Positions 56,375-64,000 of a DNA stretch of 64,000 bases are shown in pieces. The notes beneath the pieces were generated by a model. That model was not told where the DNA came from. It saw only the letters and a list, made by a program, of their open reading frames with translations, and searched no databases. Within the stretch, counting starts at the first letter, position 1. The number at the start of each line of letters is the position of its first letter. The DNA is from an uncultured Candidatus Micrarchaeota archaeon (GTDB taxonomy: Archaea; Micrarchaeota; Micrarchaeia; Anstonellales; Bilamarchaeaceae): the NCBI GenBank assembly GCA_963714085.1, contig OY970229.1, positions 576,001 to 640,000 on the forward strand. Direction: 5' to 3'. Both the position numbers and the translations under genes were made by a program.

Positions 56375-56776
56375 TTATATCTCGCTGGAAGCGAGGTAAT
56401 CATGCAATATCTTCGCCGCTGGCTCGGGCTTGTCAACGACCATGGAGAGCATGGTTGTCTTGCCGTCCCGGCTCACCATGTTCACCTTGTCGATATGGAT
56501 GCCTTCCTGCGCCAGCATGCTGGCCAGCCGGTTGAACTCGCCGGGCTTGTCGTCAAGCCGTATCATGACGCAGTTGTCGTCGGCGACCTTGTAGCCTGCC
56601 TTCCCGAGCGCCGATTTGGCGCGCTCCGAATCTGCCACCACGAGCCCGACTATGGCCTTCTTGCCCACCACATCGAAATGCAGGGCCTCTATGTTTATGT
56701 CCTTCTTCGCCAAGGCGTAGGATATCTCGGCGAGAAGCCCCACCTTGTCCTCTGAAACCACCGTTATCTGCTTCAT
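56375..56776 (-). CDS. Tandem ACT-domain protein, paralog of 55947-56357
   Basis: EDKVGLLAEIS..L....INI; DDKPGE......LA..GI.I. Confidence 0.88.
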   Translation of the reverse strand: MKQITVVSEDKVGLLAEISYALAKKDINIEALHFDVVGKKAIVGLVVADSERAKSALGKAGYKVADDNCVMIRLDDKPGEFNRLASMLAQEGIHIDKVNMVSRDGKTTMLSMVVDKPEPAAKILHDYLASSEI

Positions 56777-56795
56777 CCCATCCCCCCCTTGCAGA

Positions 56796-57101
56796 TTATA
56801 GACGATAGAGCTGGATATGCGGCGTTTTATTTATATACATAACGTCGGACTGCCTGGCCAGGCCCGCCGCCAAAGCGGCTGCGACCGCCCTTGGGCCGAC
56901 CAGGTTCGCCGAGCTGAAACCGGCGAGCGAGCGCCCGAGCTCGTCGGCAGACACGAGCTCTCCCTCGTAGAAGCTTCGGTATGCCTTCAGATCGAGACAG
57001 GCCCTGCCGTCGTCAAGCACGGAACCGAGCAGCTCCCGGTCGCATGCCGCGACGATCTTCCCCTGGCGGGTGTCGTGTATCTTCAGGTACATCGTTTCCA
57101 T
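56796..57101 (-). CDS. DUF424 family protein
   Basis: KIH......VAACD.ELLG, FY.G, NLVG. Confidence 0.85.
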   Translation of the reverse strand: METMYLKIHDTRQGKIVAACDRELLGSVLDDGRACLDLKAYRSFYEGELVSADELGRSLAGFSSANLVGPRAVAAALAAGLARQSDVMYINKTPHIQLYRL

Positions 57102-57129
57102 GTGCACCGCCAACGATTAAAAACATGAC

Positions 57130-57795
57130 TCACAGAATCCCGGCCGCGGAATTCAGTATGAGCACGCCGAACATGACCACGAACATGACGAACACGAGGA
57201 TGTTCGCCAGCTTGACGAGGCCTATGACGTCGGATATGGACTGCTTCGCATCCGCGAGGCTGGCACGTTCGTTCGCGATGTCCGCATTTATGGAGTCCAC
57301 GGACGCCTTCAGCCCGGTCAGGTTGCCCCAATGGTCCGCCAGGCTGCCGGCCTGCTGCAGCTGTTGCGCCCCCTGGATGATCTGATCCCCGGAGGAGGTG
57401 AGTTGCGCCCCGTACTGGCTCATCCCGGGGATGATGGTGATCTGTGAGATTGATGCGCCGAATTGCTGCATGGTGAGGCCTGTCCCGTTCATGCCTTCGG
57501 ATAGCGAATTCACGGAGCTGTTGATGTCGGCGAAGGTCGCGTTCATGGAGCCAATCTCGGAGTCGAGCGAGGACACCGTTTGGCCGGTGTCGTCGAGCAG
57601 CGCGGATATGCCGTCGATGTTCGTGTTTATGGACGTCTGCATCTTGTCGAGGGCGTCGTTTATCACGAAGGCCAGCACCAACGCTATGAGTATGCCTAAC
57701 CCGCTGAGCGCCATGCCCACTGCGTAGGTCGGCTTCTTGAGGTGGCTGAGGCGGAATCCGTCTTCTTCCTCAGGGTCGCTTCCTTTTTTTGGCAT
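57130..57795 (-). CDS. Hypothetical two-TM protein with long helical loop
   Basis: TM helices at both ends, heptad-like S/N/Q-rich middle. Confidence 0.7.
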   Translation of the reverse strand: MPKKGSDPEEEDGFRLSHLKKPTYAVGMALSGLGILIALVLAFVINDALDKMQTSINTNIDGISALLDDTGQTVSSLDSEIGSMNATFADINSSVNSLSEGMNGTGLTMQQFGASISQITIIPGMSQYGAQLTSSGDQIIQGAQQLQQAGSLADHWGNLTGLKASVDSINADIANERASLADAKQSISDVIGLVKLANILVFVMFVVMFGVLILNSAAGIL

Positions 57796-57845
57796 GGGGA
57801 AGCTCCGGTTTCATAATTTAAAAAACATGCAGTAGAAAGGGAGTC

Positions 57846-58421
57846 ATGCGGTTCATGCTCGCACTGGCCATAGCCGCCATGCTCCTGGCGATAACCGGCT
57901 GCGTATCCCCCGGGGCAGAGGCGCCAGCCGTGAACTCCACTGTTCCTGCGAATCTTTCGCCTCAGACCACGAACCCGAACAGCACGGCTCCGGAAAACAT
58001 GACAGCAAACCTTACCGTGCAGTCCAATGCCACGAATGCTTCTGGAAATCCTACCGCCAACCTCACCGTGCCTACGAATGCCGGCGCCGTGCAAAACGTG
58101 AGCTCTAACGTGACCGTGCCTGCCAATGCTACCAGCCCGGTGGAGAGCAATGCCACTCGGAACGCCAGCGGGACCGTTTTTGGTGATGGGGAGTACTCCA
58201 TCTACGTGGATGACCTGTCGACCGCGACCGGACAGGTCTGCGCGCTGCTGAGCGTCCATTACGCATCGAACGATTCGATCATAACGAAACTGGAGATATG
58301 CCCCGGGGAATCGGAGAACTGGGTAGATCCCGGAGGCCGGGTTTTCAGGATTGTGGTCCTGAAAACCGCGGCAGGCTACTCCGGTAGCACGGGTTGGGCG
58401 CAGGTGGAGATCTTCGGCTGA
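57846..58421 (+). CDS. Lipoprotein with N-glycosylation-sequon-rich stalk
   Basis: ITGC lipobox; 14 N-X-S/T sequons; beta-rich C-terminal domain with two Cys. Confidence 0.75.
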   Translation: MRFMLALAIAAMLLAITGCVSPGAEAPAVNSTVPANLSPQTTNPNSTAPENMTANLTVQSNATNASGNPTANLTVPTNAGAVQNVSSNVTVPANATSPVESNATRNASGTVFGDGEYSIYVDDLSTATGQVCALLSVHYASNDSIITKLEICPGESENWVDPGGRVFRIVVLKTAAGYSGSTGWAQVEIFG

Positions 58422-58443
58422 TGGGCTAGGGGAAACCCAGCGC

Positions 58444-58797
58444 CTACTTTTTCTCTCTGCTTGCCGCCTTCCCGGCTTCGCCTTTCTCCTCCCGACTCTC
58501 CTGAGATTTGGCGAACATGACTGGCACGAGCGATATTATCACGTAGAACAGGACGGCCAGGACCACCAGGTTTATCGCTCCTGAGACGAGGCCGCTGCTC
58601 CCGAACGACCCTCCTGCCATGGCACCCCTGCCGGCCGCTCCTGCGTACTGGCTGGCGGCTCCGGCGTACTGGTCCGCGCTCCTCGGAACGATGAGTCCCG
58701 AGACGATCCTCGAGACGAACCCGCCCACGTAGCTCGCGGCGAGAAGGAGGACGGTCCCCACTACGTTGCTTTTATTCGGTTTCAGAGCTGATAACAT
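58444..58797 (-). CDS. Hypothetical two-TM membrane protein
   Basis: GGGGTG SD; two hydrophobic helices; QYAGAA repeated twice. Confidence 0.65.
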   Translation of the reverse strand: MLSALKPNKSNVVGTVLLLAASYVGGFVSRIVSGLIVPRSADQYAGAASQYAGAAGRGAMAGGSFGSSGLVSGAINLVVLAVLFYVIISLVPVMFAKSQESREEKGEAGKAASREKK

Positions 58798-58851
58798 CCA
58801 AACACCCCTTGTTTTTATTCATTTAACGAAAGCGGATGCGCCCCCATGCGG

Positions 58852-59412
58852 CTAATCATTTGAGGTGATCTGCGGGTTGCCGCGATGGGGGTGGTGCATC
58901 CTGCCTGCGAAACCCATTCCGGCACCCATGCCGGAGATGGACCGGTTCCCGATGCCGAGCTCCTGGTCCAGCTTCAGGGCCAGGTTGCTCATGTCGGAAT
59001 AGTCAGCGAATGTGGTCTCGTTCAGCTTCCCGAACAGCGGACCGCCCAGCCCGTACTGCGTGTGGAGCTGCTCCGCGGTCTGGTAGTCCCCGTTCAGGAC
59101 CGCCTGCTGGAAGTCGCTTATTTCGGTGGCGTTGGCATGCTGCGTGGCGTTCGTAGCGCCCCAAGTGCCGTTCTGGAAGGATTGGTTGACGCCATAGCGG
59201 CCGAATCCGCCCCGCATGCCGCGCATCGGACCGCACCCATTCCATGTGCCGTTCTGCATCGAACCGTTGCGGCCCTGCCAGGCACCATTCTGAATCGAAG
59301 CGTTGTGATTCAGCCAGCTATTCAATCCCGCATGCAGGCCGGGCATCGCGTAAACCACTCCTACGAAAGCGAGAGAGGCCACCAACACGATTGCCAATAT
59401 CTTCATGTCCAT
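58852..59412 (-). CDS. Secreted Gly/Asn/Met-rich hypothetical protein
   Basis: Signal peptide; AGGTGG SD; QNG[AT]W repeated three times. Confidence 0.7.
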   Translation of the reverse strand: MDMKILAIVLVASLAFVGVVYAMPGLHAGLNSWLNHNASIQNGAWQGRNGSMQNGTWNGCGPMRGMRGGFGRYGVNQSFQNGTWGATNATQHANATEISDFQQAVLNGDYQTAEQLHTQYGLGGPLFGKLNETTFADYSDMSNLALKLDQELGIGNRSISGMGAGMGFAGRMHHPHRGNPQITSND

Positions 59413-59488
59413 AATCCCACCTTATTGAAACTCTAATGTAACCTTAAAGTAGCTTCAATTTAAAAAGCTTTTGTTCGAACAAAGGACC

Positions 59489-60490
59489 ATGGAATACGCC
59501 GTCAGCGTGAAAAAGCTCTCGAAAAAATACGGGGATTTCCTCGCCCTGGACAAAGTGGACCTGGACGTCGAGGCGGGAGAGCTCTTCGCGCTGCTGGGGC
59601 CCAACGGAGCCGGCAAGACGACGCTCATGCGCATACTCACCACCCAGCTCGAGCCCAGCGGCGGGGAGGCGTTCGTGCTCGGCAAGAACGTGGTCAGCCA
59701 AGGCGCGGATGTCAGGCGCCTCGTGAGCTATGTGCCGCAGGAGATGAGCGTGTGGACGGAAATCAGCGGCTATGAGAACCTGCTCATCTATTCGAAGATA
59801 TACGGGGTGCCGGCGTCTGATAGGAAGAAACTCATAGCTGATGCCCTCGCGCTCATGGAACTGGAGGATGTGGCGAACCATCTAGTCAGCACGTACTCCG
59901 GCGGAATGATACGCAAGCTCGAGCTCGCATCGGCCACCATGATAAATCCCGGCATGCTTTTCCTGGACGAGCCGACCATCGGGCTCGACCCGTCCACAAG
60001 GAAGACTGTATGGGAGAGGCTCAAGACCCTGAACCGGGAGCGCGGGATCAACGTGTTTTTCAGCACCCATTATATGGACGAGGCCGGGACCTACGCGGAC
60101 AAGATAGGGATAATCAACCGCGGGAGGGTGGTCACGGTCGCTTCGCCCGAGGACCTCAAGCGCTCGGTGGGCGACGACAGCATAGAGATAGAAACGGATA
60201 TCCCGCTGAGCAAGCGGGCGCTGGACGACCTGAGGGCGCTCGACGGCATCAGCAAGGCGGAAGCCGAAGGCAACACGCTCAGGGTGATGGCCAAGGACAG
60301 CGCCCTTTCCCTCAACTCCATAATCTCCGCGCTCATCGCTGACAAAGTCAATGTGCACAGGGTGAACGCTTCGAAGCCGACCATAGACGACGCATTCCTG
60401 AAATACGCCGGCACCAAGGACATGGAGGGCGGGCAGCGGGGCTCCCTCGCGGAGCTCAAGAGCACGAGAAGGAGGATAGTGAGGGGCTGA
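59489..60490 (+). CDS. ABC exporter ATP-binding subunit (DrrA-like)
   Basis: GPNGAGKTT, YSGGM, FLDEPT.GLDP, STHYMDEA. Confidence 0.93.
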   Translation: MEYAVSVKKLSKKYGDFLALDKVDLDVEAGELFALLGPNGAGKTTLMRILTTQLEPSGGEAFVLGKNVVSQGADVRRLVSYVPQEMSVWTEISGYENLLIYSKIYGVPASDRKKLIADALALMELEDVANHLVSTYSGGMIRKLELASATMINPGMLFLDEPTIGLDPSTRKTVWERLKTLNRERGINVFFSTHYMDEAGTYADKIGIINRGRVVTVASPEDLKRSVGDDSIEIETDIPLSKRALDDLRALDGISKAEAEGNTLRVMAKDSALSLNSIISALIADKVNVHRVNASKPTIDDAFLKYAGTKDMEGGQRGSLAELKSTRRRIVRG

Positions 60491-60492
60491 GC

Positions 60493-61257
60493 ATGAGGGA
60501 TACCATACGCATAATCCTTTCCATGATAGAACTCGAGGTCAGGAGGCTCCTCCACGACCAGACCGAGATATGCCTCAGGGCGGTACAGCCCCTGCTCTGG
60601 CTGCTGATCTTCGGGCACGTGGTCGGTTCGCTAAACACCATCCCGACCGGCAATATCCCATACACGGATTACATAATGCCCGGCGTGCTGATACAATCCA
60701 CAACAACCATCGCCATATTCTTCGGGCTGATAATAATATGGGAGCGCGAATCCGGCATACTCAAGAAGCTGGTCGCCTCGCCATCACCCAAATTCGCCAT
60801 AGTCGCGGGCAGGTCCATGGCAGCCGGTACGCGGGCGATGTTCCAGGCGGTGTTCATCGTGCCGTTCGCCATATTGATCGGCGTGAGCGTCCTTCTGAAC
60901 CCCATCTACCTCTTAGGGGCCGCGGCAGTGGTCTTCATCGCGTCCAGCGGGTTCGCGGCGCTTTCAATACTCATAGCGTCCATACTCAAATCCAGGGAGC
61001 GCTTCATGGGCCTAGGCCAGGTGATAATACTGCCCATGTTCTTCGCGAGCAGCGCCCTCTACCCGATATCTTCTATGCCGCCGCTCCTCCAGACGCTGGC
61101 GCATCTGAACCCCATGACTTACATGGTGGACGCCTGCAGGGGGCTGCTCATAACGGGCAACCTGTCCGGGCTGGGTACCGACATGCTGGTCATCCTCGTT
61201 TTCGACGCGGTTTTGATCGGGCTCGCCACTGTGAGCTTCAAGAGGATAATAGAATAG
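60493..61257 (+). CDS. ABC-2 type permease (DrrB-like)
   Basis: QPLLW, YI.PG, ERESG.L, NP.TY.VD..R. Confidence 0.92.
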   Translation: MRDTIRIILSMIELEVRRLLHDQTEICLRAVQPLLWLLIFGHVVGSLNTIPTGNIPYTDYIMPGVLIQSTTTIAIFFGLIIIWERESGILKKLVASPSPKFAIVAGRSMAAGTRAMFQAVFIVPFAILIGVSVLLNPIYLLGAAAVVFIASSGFAALSILIASILKSRERFMGLGQVIILPMFFASSALYPISSMPPLLQTLAHLNPMTYMVDACRGLLITGNLSGLGTDMLVILVFDAVLIGLATVSFKRIIE

Positions 61258-61273
61258 GCGGGACGTTCGATGG

Positions 61274-61281
61274 TTTATAAA
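61274..61281 (+). promoter_or_regulatory. TATA box of tRNA-Leu
   Basis: TTTATAAA ending 28 nt before the mature tRNA 5' end. Confidence 0.6.
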
Positions 61282-61308
61282 ACTAAGCGACAAACAACAT
61301 ATCCATCC

Positions 61309-61435
61309 GCAGGAGTAGCGAAGCGGTCAAACGCGCCAGACTCAAGATCTGTTTGACTCCGTGTTCCCGTTTCAATCGGGAGATGGGAAATCTGCTGGCC
61401 TAGCGCCTTCGAAGGTTCAAATCCTTCCTCCTGCA
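61309..61435 (+). tRNA. tRNA-Leu(CAA) with 43-nt canonical intron (61347-61389)
   Basis: Acceptor GCAGGAG/CTCCTGC, long variable arm GGC/GCC, BHB helix CTCA/TGGG; C27-C43 mismatch. Confidence 0.92.
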
Positions 61436-62337
61436 TCATCATTTTGGTTCGGGATTGTAGCCATTGGGCAGAATTCTGCCCAAAGGGGCACGGACCTAAA
61501 AATAGACATTCATACTCTTAATTCATGTACTGCGATTGCCACTTTATAAATTCCGTAAATTTATCTTCCGGAAGAAATTTTCTTGCATATGCTGTGTGTA
61601 ACTGTACTGCTTTATTATGGGCCTCGTCTAGTGAGAACTGGTCTGCAAAAACAAATTCCGCTTCTTTTAATTCGTGGAAAAATACTATGTCTCGAAAATC
61701 TTTAGGTACTCCTTCCCACACCCAAATAGAAAGGCTTTGACCCCTACCAGTATCGCTTGTAATTCTGTATAATCCTGGATTGTCTTGATTAACTAATCTG
61801 CCTTCGGTGTGTTCTAAACTTCTATAAATTTTATATGGAATTCTTCCATAACGCATAAACCCTTTCGGATTTTCAAAAGTAGGCAATCTTTCAATATTTT
61901 CTTCAGTACTGCCCATATGATCCACCATGGGACGTTCTGTCTTAGTGCAATGACGTTTCTCTGATGCGTGGACTTTTCGATTTTTCAGTTGGTCGTCCAT
62001 ATACTTTGGCATAAAAGTTATTATGTCAATAAATGTTTTTAAATGTATGTAATAATTCTCGACGGACCGGCAAAACACCTCTCGGTCTCTCGTTACCCTT
62101 GTACTCGCCTTGATTGGCTCACCTTTCACTCAGTAAAAAACAGCTGAATTTTAGAAAAACTGGCAAGACCTAGCTTTATATGCGTCTCTCATCAGAGTGG
62201 TCCTCGGTTGTGAGGTCAGGGAGTTTCCTAAGACTCGAACCTGAGGTTCAATGCAGTTCGTGAGAGTCGAACCAAAAGGTTCGGGACAGTAAATCGGTTC
62301 TGTTCCGAGTCCTGGTCTCGGCATCTTCCTCCTGCAT
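61424..62337. mobile_element. Small tRNA-Leu-integrated islet remnant bounded by a 13-bp direct repeat
   Basis: CTTCCTCCTGCAT at 61424-61436 and 62325-62337; AT-rich interior; no integrase. Confidence 0.68.
61518..62012 (-). CDS. Hypothetical protein in islet with HExxE...AH motif
   Basis: AT-rich ORF; IVFFHELKE...EAHNKA; start uncertain (62012 or 62000). Confidence 0.6.
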   Translation of the reverse strand: MPKYMDDQLKNRKVHASEKRHCTKTERPMVDHMGSTEENIERLPTFENPKGFMRYGRIPYKIYRSLEHTEGRLVNQDNPGLYRITSDTGRGQSLSIWVWEGVPKDFRDIVFFHELKEAEFVFADQFSLDEAHNKAVQLHTAYARKFLPEDKFTEFIKWQSQYMN

Positions 62338-62439
62338 TCCGATTCCCCGGACCGCGTCGCTTCGAGGCACGGGCCATGAGCGATGCGAGGCTTTTAGATA
62401 GCATAGCGCATCAAGAATGATTGGCAGAGGGAAGAGACA

Positions 62440-62628
62440 ATGAAGAAGGATTCGTTAGCCAATCTCGCGATGGATACCCTCATAGTCCTGGCAGGGTTCG
62501 CCATCGCCATGGTCGCGGCCGGGGAGTTCTTCGTCAACAGGGATCCGGCCGTTCTGGTGGTTTTCCTTTTCGGATTCATAGTCGTCTGCTTCGGGATGGG
62601 TAGGCGGATGGCGGCCAGATGGTACTAG
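62440..62628 (+). CDS. Small two-TM membrane protein
   Basis: 62 aa, two hydrophobic helices, purine-rich SD. Confidence 0.6.
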   Translation: MKKDSLANLAMDTLIVLAGFAIAMVAAGEFFVNRDPAVLVVFLFGFIVVCFGMGRRMAARWY

Positions 62629-62707
62629 AAGGTGCTGATTCATCTCCGGCCAGCGGAGGACTCTGCCTGCGGCAATATTATAAAAACGAACACCCCAACA
62701 GCCATCC

Positions 62708-63280
62708 ATGGAAAAGCTCGACATAGACAAAAAGACCACGGCGCTCGTGGTGATAGACCTGCAGAAGGGGATAGTCGCGAGGACCACGGTACCGCACGAC
62801 ACGAAAACGGTCGTCGCCAACGCTGCTAAACTCGTCAACGCCTTCAGGGCGAACGGCATGCCAGTCTTCCTGGTCCACGTATCCTCCTCTGGGCCGGAGC
62901 GGCTCAACCCTGTGACCGACGAGAAATGGACCATGCCGGCCGGAATGCCGAAAGACTGGAACGAGTTCGTGGACGAGATGAGGCCGAAGGAATCCGACAT
63001 AGTGATTACGAAGAAACAATGGGGCGCGTTCTACGGCACGGATCTGGACCTCCAGCTCAGGAGGAGGGGCATGCGCACCATCATCCTCTGCGGCATAGCG
63101 ACCAACTACGGGGTGGAGAGCACCGCCCGTTTCGCCTACGAGTATGGCTACCAGCAGCTGTTCCCGGAGGATGCGATGTCTGCGATGTCCGAGGAAGCCC
63201 ACAGGGCATCAGTCAATTTCGTCTTAAAGAGGATGGGGAGGGTGAGGACCACGGATGAGATAATCCGGGCCCTGGGATAG
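62708..63280 (+). CDS. Isochorismatase/cysteine-hydrolase family protein (YecD-like)
   Basis: ALVVIDLQ.G, KKQWGAFYGTDLD, GIATNYGVESTAR. Confidence 0.92.
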   Translation: MEKLDIDKKTTALVVIDLQKGIVARTTVPHDTKTVVANAAKLVNAFRANGMPVFLVHVSSSGPERLNPVTDEKWTMPAGMPKDWNEFVDEMRPKESDIVITKKQWGAFYGTDLDLQLRRRGMRTIILCGIATNYGVESTARFAYEYGYQQLFPEDAMSAMSEEAHRASVNFVLKRMGRVRTTDEIIRALG

Positions 63281-63345
63281 GCTCCTTGTTTCCCTGACCC
63301 TGGGATCCAGCCAATGTTTATAACGCCCGCGCGCGAGAAGCATCC

Positions 63346-64000
63346 ATGCTCGCGTCCGTAAACAGGGTATTCGTGGCTGTCCTCGTCGCGCTTGCGCTCT
63401 GCGGCATAGGCATGAGCCTGCTCGTCATAGCCACGGATTTCCTCGGCGCAGAAACGGAGAGCGGCTTCAGCTCGATGCAGCTGAGCACCGCGGTCTCGAT
63501 CGCCACCGTCCTGCCGTCCGCGCAGCCAGCCGACTCCCCTTACAACCTGAACATCACCGTGCTCACTCCCAGATTGGAACGCGGGGACCGGGTGAGCCTT
63601 GAGGCGTATTCCGGAGGGAAGCTGGAGACGGAGAGTGACTGCATCAACGACTCCGGCTATGAGACGGACGCTTATGTCGGCATGACGAACATATCCTGCG
63701 GACTCGGGCTCCCCTACGGCTACAACAGCAGCCAGGAGTTCGACATCTACGCGCTGGTCCACGGTGCGAAAGGCGACATGTATTCCGGCCCCTATCGCAT
63801 GCACGTCGGATGGTCCGCATACGAGCAGAACCTGGAGAGGGCCACCGTGCTCATGCTGGCCATCGTGTGCTGCGCGTACCTGCTGCTCGTGTTCCCGGTC
63901 GCCTTCCTGCTCTTCGACCAGGGCATGAAGACGGAACACCCGGGGGCGTGGGAAGGCGAGTACACGCTCGAGTCCCTGTTCCACCCGTTCAAGGGCGGCG
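63346..64000 (+). CDS. Membrane protein, 3' end truncated by the window
   Basis: Open frame MLASVNRVFVAVLVALALCGIG... with a second TM (VLMLAIVCCAYLLLVFP) running off the end. Confidence 0.65.
   Translation, partial: MLASVNRVFVAVLVALALCGIGMSLLVIATDFLGAETESGFSSMQLSTAVSIATVLPSAQPADSPYNLNITVLTPRLERGDRVSLEAYSGGKLETESDCINDSGYETDAYVGMTNISCGLGLPYGYNSSQEFDIYALVHGAKGDMYSGPYRMHVGWSAYEQNLERATVLMLAIVCCAYLLLVFPVAFLLFDQGMKTEHPGAWEGEYTLESLFHPFKGG

Noticed and set aside
61341..61400. Non-canonical intron position in tRNA-Leu suggested by the repeated ATCTG
   Set aside because: A canonical 37/38 BHB (CTCA/TGGG with two 3-nt bulges) fits well and preserves the variable arm

Overview
A compact, GC-rich archaeal chromosome segment (PolD DP2, Rpo7/Spt4, EndoQ, AlaX, CDC48, TATA boxes, GGTGA ribosome-binding sites, BHB tRNA introns). 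By inference it is probably a DPANN archaeon, Micrarchaeota-like; I cannot confirm taxonomy. Most of the window is housekeeping genes: purine synthesis, DNA ligase, inositol lipid synthesis, SecDF, RNA polymerase, repair and KEOPS kinase. There are five tRNA genes, four with introns, including non-canonical introns at 30/31 (initiator Met) and 59/60 (elongator Met, which has two). The strongest candidate for an undescribed system is a five-gene orphan operon (18956-23951). It encodes two paralogous single-pass membrane proteins with a Pro-rich stalk and a shared C-terminal domain reminiscent of TonB-C/AgmX-PglI, plus two coiled-coil proteins and a two-TM protein. Next is a duplicated cassette of a divergent enzyme gene plus a tandem-Lrp regulator (44030-49085), with a conserved, identically placed operator and a radical SAM gene. 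Also present: a homing-endonuclease intein in CDC48, a ~0.9 kb tRNA-Leu islet with an att repeat and a foreign tRNA 3' fragment, two small genes missed by the ORF track (one a stand-alone NrdJ-type Zn ribbon), and paired D-loop/T-loop changes in both tRNA-Ala genes. No CRISPR array, rRNA, transposase or integrase was seen. All protein calls are by motif recognition, not database search.
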